Of a stretch of DNA of 46,311 nt, positions 1 through 13,635 are shown piece by piece. The DNA lies in assembly GCF_018977255.1 (NCBI RefSeq), contig NW_024705419.1, positions 1 to 46,311 of the forward strand. The letters are read 5' to 3'. The stretch comes from Callorhinchus milii. Lineage: Eukaryota. Under the pieces are notes generated by a model, which was not told the DNA's origin, searched no databases, and saw nothing but the letters and a program-made list of their open reading frames with translations. The translations under genes were made by a program, and so were the position numbers. How positions within the stretch are numbered: the first letter of the stretch is position 1; every line of letters starts with the position of its first letter.

Positions 1-1890
1 ACATAGAAAGGCTGTTTCACAGAGACCAGTCCTGTTGTAGAGAGACCAGAGCTGTTTTACATAGACAAAGCCTGTTTTAGAGAGAGAAGTCAGTTATACA
101 GCGACCAGGCTGCTATGCCAGGACCATGCTGTTATACAGAAACCAGACCTGTTGTACATATAGAAGTCATGTTTTACAAAGACCAGGCTCTTACATGTAG
201 ATCATGAATTTATGTATTTATTAAACAAGGCCGGTTATACAGAGACCAGTCTGTTACACAAAGTCCAGGGCTCTTCGACCAACATCAGGTTTTATACAGA
301 TATTAGGCCCACTATACTTAGACGAGGCCTGTAATACAGAGACCAGGCCTGTTGTACACAGACCGCTGTTATGCAGATTGCAGGCCAGGTATACAGGAAT
401 CAGGCCATTTATACAGAGTCAAGGCCTTTCATAAAGAGTCCAGGGAGTTGTACAGAAATAAGGCTTGTTATATAGAGATCAGACTGCTCTAGAGAGACAA
501 CGCCAGTTATACAGAGAACAGTGCTGTTATACAGAGACCAGGCCAGGTGTTCAGATACCAGGTCTCTTATTATAGACCAGGCAGTTACATCGAGACTTGG
601 CCTGCTTTACTTATACCAGGCCTGTTAAACAGAGAACAGGCTGTTATACAGAATCCGAACTGTTATAAAAGACCATTCCTTTTATTTAGGGCCCAGGCGT
701 TTTCTACGGAGACGTGGCTGCTATGCAGATTCCCAACAGTTACACAGAGAACAGCCCGTTCTACGGAGCTAACGCTGTGTTTCCTTGACCAGGCTTGATT
801 TACAGAGACCAGGCAGTTATACAGATACCAAGCCTGTTATACAGAGAGCAGAGCTGTTATAAAGAGACGAGTGCTGTTTTACAGACATCAGGCCATTTAT
901 AGAGCGACCAGATATTTTGTACAGAGAGGGGACCTGTTGCCAAATACCAATACGTCAGAGTCTCAGTATCTGTTAATCAAAAAAACTTTAATTATGCGTA
1001 CATGTATAAAAGAGCATAATGACTATCTTAACAAAACAGACCAATACTAATGAGCGTTGCAGATTCAGCACTTTGTCTCTACAGCAAGCAAACTTTGGTT
1101 TCTGATTGAGCACTTTGTAATTACAACAAGCAAACTTTAATTCTTCAACCGATCAAGCCTTGCGTTTTCCAGCTTTCAGTCTTCTTTGTCCCAGCTTTCA
1201 ATCCTCGTTGATCTCTGCAAACACAGCCAGATGCTCTGGAGTTAACTAACTTACGTAAGTTGGCCGCTGGTTTAACAATTCTGTGATGGGTACTATACCA
1301 AGCCTCTGATCAGATCATCCCCTGAGGTCACCAGGCGAACCTGCCCGTCTTATGGACCAAGTCTCGTGGTCACATGATCGTCTCATGGCATGTCTGACTG
1401 ATAAGTTTGTCCTTGAACATCCTTGTAGTACACATTGAGTTAACTTAAGACAAGGGTCAACCAAAACACTGGGCGGATAGCTATGTTGATGGTTTGTGAC
1501 CTTGAGTCAGAACGCAAATAACTTGTTCTTTTAATTCAGCTATTTTACAGCACCTCATAAGCTTTACTTTTATGCCATTTTAACCAAATTGTAACACTAT
1601 TATAAAGAGCCCATGCCAGTTATACAGACTCTAGGCCCATTCTAAAGAGACCATAGCTGTTGTGTAGAGACCAGTTAATCAGAGGCCAGGCTGTTTATAC
1701 ACTGACCAGAATTTTATACAGAGACCAGGCTGTTTTAGAGAGTCAAAGCTGTTGTGAAGACACCAGACCCGTTATGCAGTCATCAGGCCTGTTATGCAGA
1801 CACCTAGCGTGTTATACAGAGACCACGATTTAATACAGAAATCAGGTCATATATATGAAGACCAGCCGAGGCACACAGAGACCAGGCTTG
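1..1890. repeat. Degenerate ~19-21 bp satellite (core TTATACAGAGACCAGGC(C)TG), interrupted at ~935-1596
   Basis: Dozens of diverged copies of gttatacagagaccaggc from 1 to ~934 and again from ~1600 to 1890. Confidence 0.85.
935..1596 (-). mobile_element. Probable solo LTR inserted in the satellite
   Basis: Non-satellite ~660 bp block bounded by TGTTGC...GTAACA (TG...CA with a short imperfect terminal inverted repeat). Has an ATTAAA on the minus strand near 986-991 and an internal ~30 bp direct repeat (agcactttgt...caagcaaacttt, ~1067 and ~1108). No clean TSD. Confidence 0.5.
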
Positions 1891-3399
1891 TTAATCATTC
1901 AAGACACAAGCATGGTCCTGTTTCCCCCTACTTCTCTGACATTCGCTAAAACACACGCCGGCAGCTCCATATTCTCCCTCCCCCACCAAATCCAACCACC
2001 CCCAATATCCGCCTCAACGTGCGAGATTTCAGTCATTCTACCCCACGCGCTCCAGAAAACCTGCTGAGAAATCGTGCATCTCTCATATAGCCGCAAATGA
2101 ACCGATTTCATGGCGCTTTTGGTGATCCTACTCACCCCATAAACCCCACACTCCTCCCCCACCCACCGCCACGTCCACCCAACGCACACACCACCTTTCC
2201 CACCAGTCCATCGTTTGCTTGCTCGGGTGTTCACTCACGACAGTTCTCATATCCTCACGACCCTTTACAAAATAATCAAATTTTATTTAATCACGTCTTT
2301 GAACTTTGTTTGCCTATCAACATGGCTTTGAAATAATCTGTGTGTGGAGCGCTGAAATAATTGTAAACGTGGCAGACATTGGTTGTGCATTTGCCTCCGC
2401 GTTGCCATGGGAGTCCATTGTGTTCAAGCTCTTTAAAGGAATTTGTTTTCCAGTTTGAGTTCATATTTTTTCTCTGAACTTATTTTTTCATGACGGAAAT
2501 TAAATATACATTTGCTTTTTTGCGGAGTTCTGATCATGCAGATATAAGAATCTCTCAGTAAATTCCAATACTGAGCAAATATATCTCATTGGTAGCTCAT
2601 AAGGCTGCAGTACCAGCGATCCTGATTGTGATCCAGGCCTCACCTAATGTTCCAACAATGACATTTTCTGTCACCCACTTTGCTGGATTTAAACAATTAA
2701 TTGATGCTTGTTTTGCGATTGAGTAGTTTGAAAACGATAGTGATGGCCACTCATTTTCAAGTCTATCCCTATCCGTCTAAATTCTAACCCTAACGCCTGC
2801 GGTCTAAGAGAGCTCTCTACCATCTCTCAGTAACTAACCAGATGACCAGGTCACTTACCCAGAAACAAATCATAGGGAATGGTCACCTATTCAGCAGCTA
2901 ACGAGGTGATAAGGTCAGTTACGCAGTTATTGTCCAGATGACCAGGTGATCCGCTGACTAACCCACCAGCCAAATGTCTAACAAATCTGCAGCACTACAG
3001 CTTTATCTGGAGGTTTTTGGCTGGGTCACTGGGAGGGAGAAATTCCCTTTTCTTCTGCAATCTCGCCGTGGGCTCTTTAACTACACCCTGAGCAGTAAGA
3101 CGGGAGCTGAGTTTAACAACTCATCTGAAAGACGGCGTCTTCGACAATACAACACCACCAGCAGATTCGATTTGCTTCTCTGAGTTAGATGTAGACAATA
3201 TATATATGATTTATTGTTGTTCTATGTTTGCCATTTAATTGTACAGATTATTTGATGTGACACATTTCCTGGCAGTGGGCTGTGTGTGGTGGGAGGGGTG
3301 GTGGGGAGGAGGGCTGTTTATGGAGTGTTTGAGTCAGAGAGAGAGAGAAATAGAAATAAACTCACACGGATACGGATTTTATCCCCACTGCTCGAATGG

Positions 3400-4030
3400 A
3401 AGAAAGAGTGTTAAGTGAGAAGGAAGGGCGAATGCTCCCTGGACCAACACATCCAAACACATGCGCACAAACTCCCACACAATGACCCCCACACACACGC
3501 ACACATGGAATTACACACGTACTTACGGGCTCGGACAGTGACCTACACACACACTGACCTCCACACGCGTACGCACACTTTGCTGTATACATACCAAAAC
3601 GTACAAAAACGCCGACTCACAATCTCACACAGACAATGAAATAATACACAAAACTGCACACGCACAAAACACACACGCAAATTGATCTGCACACACTCTC
3701 ACACACGGTCAAGTACAAATTCACGCATACACACTAAAACATCTAAAAACATAGACGCAAACACACACACTCACCCACATGCCAAAACAGACACAAACAC
3801 AGATACGCATACGCGCGCACACTCACACAAAAAGAAACACTTGCATACACTGACGTATATACGCAATTGATGTATTGGCGCATACAATAAAAAACACGAA
3901 AAACACCGATACACATTGACACACGGGGAAAGGGAATCACAAATATGAAGCTGTATCCAAGCGCAAAATACACATGAAGAAACAGACAGACACTCGCCAA
4001 CATACGCTGTTAACCGACTCAAAACATGTC
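3400..4030. repeat. CA-rich low-complexity tract
   Basis: Degenerate (CA)n/(ACAC)n. The overlapping ORFs are H/T or C/V-rich artefacts. Confidence 0.9.
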
Positions 4031-4236
4031 TCCAAAACACCCTTACACCAGAGAGTGGACGGACGGCGAGAAGGAAAATTTACTTTACATCTATCCGTGA
4101 CCTGTGTGTTTTGGTGGTCAGTTTGGAGGGAGTTTTCCTCTTTCTTTGACACTAACCTGGGGGAGTGGACAGACAGTGTAATACTTTCCAGATTTCTGTT
4201 CGTCCAACAGATTATCCGAGTCGCAAACAACTTTTG

Positions 4237-6606
4237 CTAATTAAATAATTTAATAATTAAAAAGAAAGGAAATGTCACCACTTTGCTAAGATCCTCCCTG
4301 AATTTCGTCTGGGTAACCGCATAAATACATGTGTTTGTGCATGAACTCAAAAGCTGCAGCATATAACCAGAGTGAAATGTGATAAACAATGGCTCTGTGA
4401 AGGAAGATATTTTAGAAATCCTCCTATATAAGAAATATAGAACATACGTCATCCATAATAATATAAATGTGATAGAAATAGCAAAGAGTAAAACGATGGA
4501 TTTTTTTCGGTTCTTTATTTCTGGATCACTGTCACTCTCTCCTCCATTCTTGTCCCTATTGCTGTGTCTCCGCAATCTGTTGCGGGCTCGACTGGCCACC
4601 AGTATGTGCCGGACAGTCAGGGCGTTGAGCAAAAATATCGTAAAGAATGGTAGAATTGGTGTTAGAATGTAATTAAACGTATCAAAGGCTGCCCATATGA
4701 GAGAAGTGTGATAGCTTGCTTTAGCATCGCACCCCCACGGTATGTTATTAATTATGTACTGCGGTTCAACTACAAAACCCCAGGGAATATTTATCACAAC
4801 GCAAAGCACACTCAATATTGCTATCACTGTACAAGAAGTTTTTTCTGAACAATATTTTGTTTTCAGATTTTGGCAACAAATGGCCACATATCGATCAAAT
4901 GTGAAAGCCACAGTTAACCAGACAGAAATTGACGTTGTCGAGGTAGCGAGTACCATAAGGAGCGCGCAAACAGGTGTGATGGACACGAATGAATTTGGGA
5001 AATGCGGAAGAATTACTCGATAGAGAATCACTGATGTGATTATCACCAACATATCTGCTGTTGACATGGCTACCAAATAGAGAGTGATACATTTGGAGAG
5101 TCCGCACCGCCCTCGAGACAGGATTACAATCGCCACCAGGTTAGCTAGAAAGAGAGAAAGAGAAATGCCATTATAACAATACAACAACTTACATTTACTT
5201 AATACATCGCTACAATTAATACAGTATCAAGAAATCGAAACCAGTGACTTTCTGATGTCACAAAAGTCGCCTTTCTCTCCCACCTCAAAAGCTAACCTTG
5301 TGTATTCGTTATGTGATGGTACAAAACCTGCCTCGCAAAGATGTGACATGCAAAAGTACCAAGAGAGGGAAAGAGAGAGAGAGACAGATATTGATACACG
5401 CAGACAGAAAGACACAGAGACAAACGGACAGAGAGTGATAGATACAACAATCACTTGGATTTACATAGAGCACCTCAAGCGTCTTGGAGCGCTTGTCACA
5501 GACTCATACAGAGACAACGCGCCAGTGAGAGAGAAACAATGACAGAAGTTGGCAGAAGAGAAGCAAAGAGAGATATCTCGTCAGTGACTCGACAATTATT
5601 TAAAAATTTGTATGAATTTTACATTGCTAATTTAGGGTCGGTATTGTAACTAAAATGGAATGAAACTGTAGGAAAATTAAACATTTCAACACATGATTTC
5701 TGTATTCGTACGGGTGATGTTTCTCGAAAGGAAAAAAACAGAAATAATGCTTGTGCCCTCGAATGCTCGGAGGTGTAAACAGAAGAACATGTTCAGCAGA
5801 AACTGTTAATCGTTTTCAAAAGGGTAACAGAAGAGAAATTCACTGACACAGACAGACAGAGAGAGTGACAAAAAATGCGCAAAAAGGAATAAACGCACTC
5901 AGAAAGAATGAGAGTTACAGGTGCAGAGAGAAATGCACTCGTGGATAGCGAGAGAAAGAGATTCAAAGAGAGAGAGTTTGACAAACACGAGCGCACGTAA
6001 CAATAAACACACAGACACAGAGAGAGATACACACCGAGATAGAGAAACAGAGACACAGACAGAAAGATACTCGCACAGCGACAGACAGAGGCAGACCAGG
6101 CAGCACCAGAGAAATACACATACAGTGATACATAGATACACAGCAATACAGCGACAGAGGGACAGGGAATCACAGCGACAGTGACAAACATCGACTGGCA
6201 GTGTGTTAAAGAGATACACAGAGATAGATTCAGATAGATAGAGGGATATCAATTGACAGTGGGAGTTACTGAGAGAAATTCATACAGACTGACAGAGAGG
6301 TGGAGAGATCCTCAGAGAGAGACACACATAGTTAGAGAGAGGTAGATATATTTATACAGTGTGGGATACAAAGACACATAGAGTCAAAGGCACATACAGC
6401 CATACATACGTACGCACACACACACACAGAAAGAGAGAGAGATGCAGAAAGTGAGTGACCGAAATAGAAACACACAATGACATAAAGAGATACAGAGGTA
6501 TACGCAGACACAGGGACACAGGGGCACACGCAGACACGAGATCTAGTGAAGCATGGAGACTCAGCGGAACAGAGACTCAGATAGAGTGAGATATAAAGAA
6601 AGTGAT

Positions 6607-6639
<33 letters not shown>

Positions 6640-8387
6640 AGTTAAAGACACAGAGACAAGCACAGAGACAGATTTCTCATCGCTCTATGTATTATTGTTT
6701 GACAATTTGGCTTATCTTTCACTGCCTATCTTAAGTGAGAAATGTATATCAAATAAAGGTACACAATTTTAATCATCGGATTTCCATGTAATTCTTATAG
6801 GTTATGTTTCTGAAAGACAATCACTAAACTGTTGCTTATGTGGCTGTCATCCTTCCCTCATGAATAATAAAATTATCAACAATAATGAATAAAAATGCTT
6901 GCATTCGATACCTGGTTGTAAGGTCTCAAAGGGATTCACAAATAACCTGAAACGCGGATTGACTGTATATTTTATGGGCGAAATGTGGCAGCCAAATGCA
7001 CACAGTTTTACGTTTTACAATTGTGGGTAAAATGCCAGAAAACGCCAATGGCCAAAACGGTTCGGAACCTCAGCTCAATGAGGTGTTATGGGCTTCAACC
7101 CGCAAACTTCTGACTGAGAGGCAAGAACACTAACAAGTAAGTCAAACGTATGGATACTCATTGGCTAAACCCATTGTTTAAAATAATAATAGCAGTTGCG
7201 ATTTTCCGATAATTTTCTTTCTTTCTCTCTGTGTAATATATAATACTAATAGTAATTTTACTTGCATTTGATATGATACTTTTCACTTCTTATAGACATA
7301 TGAAAACACTTCACATAATATGTCATTTACCTGCCAGTAAGCAGACAACCGGTTGTTAGTTAATTGGTAGATCGCTTTGCCGAGGATAATAATCATTAAA
7401 AATATATCTGGGCACTCAATCCATGGTTGTTTGTGGAAAACTGTAATCCGCAATTGGCTACCAGGATTATCTTACAACTGTAAAGACAATTGTCGATACA
7501 CTATATTCCCCGAAGAGCTTTGCTGTGTGTGGAATGCGTACAAAGTGCAATATCAAATGTAAGGATTATTATTATTGTTGTAAAGTGAATTGACTCTACA
7601 TTTGTGGATGGTTAGAGGCACACAGTTCCCCATAAAAAAATGTCTCACTGACGCTCTTGGATTGATGACATAATTTTTTAAAGCATTACTATCTCCAGAA
7701 AAGCGATTCATCAATCGACTAACACTCGGGTTCCAACTTTCTACTCTGTAAACAGATGCATGTGAAGTCAGTAATCTTGCCCGACATCTCGCGATGCCAG
7801 GAATTCAACCCAGGTCTCTCGCTTGCGATGCTGTTGTTATTGCTCTAAACAACAAGCCACATAACTCCATTAATATATATATTTATATATAGCACGATAC
7901 ATACTGGAAAACATTTGATAAAGCGCCACCTGTAGGCGTCCAAACATCCCAATGCATTTGAGTTTACTGAAAATCCTATTGTTGGCAAATGCGGCAGATA
8001 AACGCTGACAAACAGTTATAAAGTGAATTATCAAGTATGTCTCGAGGTTTTTTTACATGTAGTTGTTGCCTAGCAACAATCATACAAATACCCTTTTCTT
8101 GAATTGTGCCACAGGATCTTTAATATCTGAAGATTCAAGGAGGACTTTACTTATTAAATAAGTATTGAAATCGCGGCTCCTCCAACAAAGATCAATGTGT
8201 CTGAGACTGCAAACCACATCTTTCTGATTCAGAGGAGAAAGTGCTACCAGCTGAGTCAGGCTGCATTTCTACTTTAGTGCAAAGTAATCTAACTAATATA
8301 TTCGTCAAACAACTTGCCAGGAACTCCAAAGGCAGCGAGAACCGGATAGTAGATTTTCTGTATTCTGTGTAATAGCGCAATTGTCAT
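4237..8387 (-). CDS. GPR139-like class A (rhodopsin-family) orphan GPCR, 2 coding exons: 8387-8318 and 5144-4237 (978 nt, 325 aa)
   Basis: Exon 1 reads MTIALLHRIQKIYYPVLAAFGVP+G and ends at a G|gcaagt donor. Exon 2 follows a ctttctctctttctag acceptor, phase 1, and reads ANLVAIVILSRGRCGLSKC..LVAMSTADML..AFTFDRYVAIC..LTPILPF..FILLW..CTNTCIY..KFREDL. Seven hydrophobic segments, DRY motif, no stops. Confidence 0.9.
5360..6665. repeat. GA/GACA-rich low-complexity intronic tract
   Basis: Degenerate (GA)n/(GACA)n within the GPCR intron. Confidence 0.85.
8318..8387 (-). CDS. GPR139-like GPCR coding exon 1 (N-terminus and start of TM1)
   Basis: ATG at 8387-8385, YYPVLAAFGVP motif, 70 nt. Phase matches exon 2. 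GC donor at 8317-8316. Confidence 0.85.
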
Positions 8388-8476
8388 CTTCGCAGAGAAT
8401 CGAGTGTACCTCCTCTCGTTACAGACAGGAGCTCACGCTAACTAGATGAGATTCAAGAGCAAAAAACACAGCCTGA

Positions 8477-8482
8477 TTTATA
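8477..8482 (-). promoter_or_regulatory. Candidate TATA box of the GPCR gene
   Basis: TATAAA on the minus strand about 90 bp upstream of the ATG at 8387. Confidence 0.35.
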
Positions 8483-9279
8483 CCAACATGAACGATTAAT
8501 TTAGATGTTCATGAATGAGCTTTATCCATGTGGAAAACACGTACTCTCCCTGAGCAATGCAACTTACGTCAATTATTTATTTTTAGCAGCTTGTTATGGC
8601 ATCCATGCGGAAAACTATCGTCATGGTTTCGACATCGAGAAGCCAACCTGCGTTAAGGATACTACGCAAATGCTGTATTCTGTCATTGAAATATCCAAAC
8701 CAGAAACAGTGATCCACATGTGTAGCCATTTACAAATGTAAACCACCCATTGCCTGAAATTGCAGGCAAATTGCCTACTTTCTGTGCTCGCAGCCTCCTT
8801 AACAAATTTTGGAGAGAATTGGGTACAGGATGGCAAGGAACAAGGCCTTGGAAACCAAGTGTGGACCCCGAGGTACCGCTGGAGGTTAACGAGCTTTGAT
8901 CAAATGCTTTTGACATTGAATAATAACCCCAGAATGATAATAATGATAATAATAGTAATCCTTGATTTTGATATAGAATTTGATCACGTCATCGAGGTGT
9001 CTCAAATCTTTTTGCAGCAAATGCTGTAAAGTGGTTTACGCTCTATTTTGTGCGAGAAATATATAATTCAATTCCGACTTCCCTGCATTCCATACATGGT
9101 GGTACAAATCGCGGTTTGAGCCGCAACACATTAACGTTTCAGACTGGATCCGTTGCAACATTTTCGCCTCCAGAATCAGTAAGTTGTGGAACACTCCAGT
9201 GTGGTGGTGGATCCTTCCCTTTCCTTCTCGCTGTCTGGCTCTCCCTCGCTCTATCCAGGTGCACATATCACTTTGTTTG

Positions 9280-9620
9280 TGGGTATGTGTACAGGAAACT
9301 TTTCTTGAGCAGTGGGTCTCCAGTCATACAAGGAAGGAAACATTGCTGGATCTTGTCCTATGGAATGAAGTAGGTCAGGTTGAACAAGTTTCTTTACGGG
9401 AGCATCTGGATAACAGTGACCATAATAATATTAGATTTAGATTACTTATGAACAAGGACAAATGCTGGACTGGAAAAGCACTAATTTTGATCGGCTAAAG
9501 AGTGACGTAGAGTTGCTGGACTGGCAAGTAAGCATGGCAGGTAAAACGATCCATGAGCAATGGGAAATCTTGAAAGATACGATAGCTCATGGTCCAAATA
9601 GATATATAGTCCCACAAAAG
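9280..9620 (+). mobile_element. CR1 LINE ORF2 endonuclease-region fragment
   Basis: Translates to LLDLVLWNEVGQVEQVSLREHLDNSDHNNIRF, which matches the CR1 APE motif LDLVL...SDH. Confidence 0.75.
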
Positions 9621-9634
9621 GGAAGTGTGCGAAA

Positions 9635-12600
9635 ACCAAGCACAGGTGGTGGTTGAGCTCGGAAGGGTGAGTCCAGAGGGGTGAGCAAAACGTGGTGAGA
9701 ACAGGGGCTTAGCACTGCCGGTGGGAATCATGGGGGCAGTGAGCACGAGGGGTGGAGAAATGCGAGGGACAAATGGGGAGCAAACAAGGGTGCATGACCA
9801 CAGGGGGTTAAAATATACTGGTTGATCGATGTGTGCATGAACGCAGGTGTGTGTGGCACAGGGTGCTGAGCACGTGGGAGTGTACCCGGGGGAAGCCAAT
9901 GAAGGGTCAACAGGGAAAAACAGGAGGGCGTAAGCAAAGGGTAGTGTCCAAAGTAGAGTGAGCAGGGGAGTCGTGTAGCACAAGGTGGGGAGACAGGAGT
10001 GGGGTTGGATTTGAGGCAGAGCACGGCTGTTGTCTTAACCCATTGTGCAGATCACAGGTGGGGGGGTATGAGCACAAGTGTCGCGTTAGGCCACTAAAGG
10101 TAATAGCCCATGGGAGGAGAGAGCCCAGTGGAATATGAGCACATTGTTATGGTTGGGGTTGTTGGCACTTCTTTGGTGTTAGCCTAGGAATGGAATGAGC
10201 ACAGGGGTGGGGTTACTGCAGAGGTGGGAGCACATCAGTTTGAAAACAAGTGCGGATGAGCACATGAGGGTGAGAACAGGCGTGATGAGCATAAGTTTGC
10301 GAGTACAGAGGGGTGACGATACTGGGGTGAGAGAGGAGCAAGCGAAGGCTGAGCACAGTGGCGTGAGCACAAATGTTCGAAATATGAGGGTAGATCGGTG
10401 GTTGAGCAACAAGGGGGGCTGGTGGCGGTTTGAGCACAAGGCGGTGAGTACAAGGTTGAGACCAGGGGTCTGTGCAAGGGAGGGAGGTGACTTGTGGGGT
10501 GGTAAACACAAGGTTGGTGCGAGCGATGTAGAGAAACACAAGAGCGGGGTGAGCACAGAGATGCGAGCAAAGGGGATGTTCAGAGGGGTTGACAACAGGG
10601 GGGATGCGCGCAATGCTGTGAGCACGGAGAGTGCGGGTGGTTTAGCATAGTATGGGGGATTGACACGACGGAGGATGCCCAATGGGGAGCAACGGGTGGA
10701 ACACAAGCGTTGGGTAGAGCTGAGCACAGAGGGCTGAGCTCAGGGGCAACAGATGAGCACATGGTTTGATTATAGAGAGGAGGGCGCGGTGATCAACGTG
10801 GGAATGAGCACCGTGGGTGGAGTGAGCACAGGGTTAATGCGCAGGGAGTGAGGGAGAGCACAGACGGCACAGCAGGGATTGGAACAGAGAGAGGGGACAG
10901 GAGTTGACGACAGCACATGAGTAGAGAACGTGAGTACATGGCGTGAGGTCAGGTGATGAAGACAAGCAGTGAGGACAGTATGAGGAAATGGGTTGTGGAG
11001 AGAGGTTGAGGAATGGATGTGAGGACTGGGGGTGTGGACAGGTGGTGAGTACTGGGGGTCAAAACCGATGTTGAAGTCAGGGTGTGGGGAAAGAGTGGTG
11101 AGTTCTCAGCGGTGAACACAGAGGTGGCGAGCACAGAAGGTTGACCACATGGGGTGTGAGTCCGTGGGTGGATGGATCAGCGGAGAGGGTGTGAGTTAGC
11201 ACTGGTTGTTGAGCATAAGGGTGTTCAGCATAGAGGGGTGACCAAAGAGGGAGAAGCAGGGGGATGGGGGAAGCACTCGCGTGGTGGAAGCAGAGGAGGC
11301 TGAGGACTATGGGTGTGAGCACAGTGGGATTAATCACAGGGTGTAGGTTAGCGAAGTTAGGAGCACTGTTGCGTGAATAAAGTGGTGGTTACCACAGTGG
11401 GTATGAGAACAGGTGGAAGGAGCATGAGATGGTGATAACAGGCTGGTGAGCACAGTGTGTGGGGAGTGATCAAAGCGGTTGAGCGGGGGTAGGGGGAGCA
11501 CAGGTGTTGAGCATAGGGAAGGGAGGGAACACGCGTGGTTGACCAAAGCTTGAATGAGTACAGAGTGGGTGAACATATGGGCTGAGGCCATGAGTGTGAG
11601 CACAGTTGGATGTGGAAAGCCGGGTGAGGACAGGCTGCTTTGAACAAGACTGATAAACAGTGAGTGGAGAGCGCATGAGTGTGAGCACAGGATGATGTCC
11701 ACGGGAGGGTGAGAGCAATGGTTTGAGCACTGGGGGGTGCGTTAGCAAAGTGACGTGGCTACAGTGGGTGGCGCAATTTGGAGGAGTTCGGCAAAAGAGG
11801 GCTTCAGCAGAGGTAGTGGGGTGAGCACAGGGCTTGAGCAAAGGAAGTGAGCACAGGAGCGTGTGAGAACAACGGTTTTTGCCAGCATGGGGGTTGAGCA
11901 CGTGGTGGTGAGCACAAGGAATTCGGTGAGTAGAACAGTTGAGCAAGTGAGGCGGGCACAAGATTTGGAGTGAGGACAATGGAGCCAGCACTTGGGGTTG
12001 AGCAGAGGCTGCTGAACATAAGAGTGGCACAGGGGCTGAGAAGAGTGGGGGGAGCACTGGGGGCTGGTCAACACAAGGTGGGAGGAATGGGGGAAACACA
12101 AGGATGGGTGAATACATAGATGTGAGCACATGCGATGTGAGCCTAAGTGAGCACAAGTGAGAGAGAACAGGAGGTTGAGCGCAGTGGTCTTACCACTGGG
12201 GTCGGTTAGAATAGGTGAGGTGAGCACACGGCTGAGCACAGGACCGGTGTTGAACAAAAAAGGCTGAGCACCGGATATGACCATGGGTTGCTGAGCACCG
12301 CAGGCAGTGAGAACAGAGTTTAGATGAAAGTTGGGGTTTGGGTGAAAACAGGAGACTGAGCATAGGGGTGGTTTGCACAGTGGTCGGTGAAAATAGGAGG
12401 GTGTGAACACAGGGTGGGGGGAGCACAGGCTGTGGGCTGGGTAGGAAAGAAGAAGGCCTGAGTATAAAGGAATGCTTGAGATTCGGGGGTTAGACTGAAC
12501 ACAGGGAGAAGGATAGAGTACATGGCTTCTATGAACAGCTGGTGGCAACACAGGGTGCGTAACGAGAGTTCGAATGAGCGCAGATTGGTGAGCGTATGGT

Positions 12601-13635
12601 TAAGACAAAGATGGTGATTACAGGGAACGCATAAGAGTTATGGTTAGGTCACAGGGTGTGAGAGATTACAGCGAGATGGTGAGCACAGATAGGTGTGCAC
12701 AGGGTGGGAAAGAACAGGCGGCGGAGTAAAGTGTGGGTGGTAAGCACAGGCCTGTGACCACCGGGTGATGAGAACAGTGGGGATAAGCAAAGGCGTGTTT
12801 GTAAACACAGCGGCGGATCAGCACTGGGGTGGGTGGTTGGACGCAATGGGGCTTGAGCACAAGGCGGCTTAGCACAGGGAGGGATTAGCTAAGCGGTTTG
12901 AACGAAGGGCGTGGCTGAGTACTGGGGTTGGGTGAGCACGGGGGCAGGATGAGTAAAGCGGTTGGATAAGCACAGAGGCAGGGTGAGAACAGGGGTAGGG
13001 TGAGTAAAGGGGTTGGGTGAGCACAGGGGTAGGGTGAGTAAAGGGGTTGGGTGAGCGCACGGACTGATAAGCAAATGGGAATGTGGGAGTGCGGGGTGGA
13101 TAGTCGCAGATCGTTAGCGCAGGTGGTGAATCAGCCGAGAGCGTGAACAAAAGTGTTGATAGAGCACAGGCGTTAGGCAAGCACAGTTGCCGGGATTCAA
13201 CACGGGATAGATGAGCACAAGGTGGGTCAGCACAGGGCTGTGAGCACTACGGATGATCACAGGATGGGGTGAGAAAAGAGGTGTCAGCTAAGGGTGGGCT
13301 GAGCACAAGTGTTTGAGCACAGGTTCGAGTGTGCGCACAGGGTGAGCACAGGGAGGGGTAAGCAGAGCCGGCAGCACGGGGAGGGGTTGAGTTTAGGGTT
13401 ATGAGCACAGGGTGATGGACTGTGCACACGAGGGTTGATCGTAAAGGGGTTGATTGAACGGCTGGGTGAGCTCAGGGCTTGAGCACAGGAGTCAGATGAG
13501 AACAAGGGTCAGGTTGGCACTGAATGGGATGAGAAAAGTGGGGTAAGCAAAGTGGGGGGAGGAGGTGAGCGCATGGGGTTGCAACACAAGGGCTGTGATC
13601 ACAGGGTCGGGAGAGCACGGGGTGGCGTTTGAGTT
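9635..13635. repeat. ~4 kb degenerate G-rich minisatellite (core TGAGCACAGGGG); resumes at ~14350-14480
   Basis: The gagcaca motif recurs every ~20-30 bp with G-rich spacers. The many ORFs here are low-complexity P/L/C/S strings. Confidence 0.85.

Noticed and set aside
5145..5187. ORF-track start of the first GPCR
   Set aside because: Intronic polypyrimidine tract with a non-ATG start; the true N-terminus is exon 1 at 8387-8318.
9495..13505. Numerous long ORFs (up to 269 aa)
   Set aside because: They arise from a stop-poor degenerate minisatellite, overlap in several frames and show no domain motifs.
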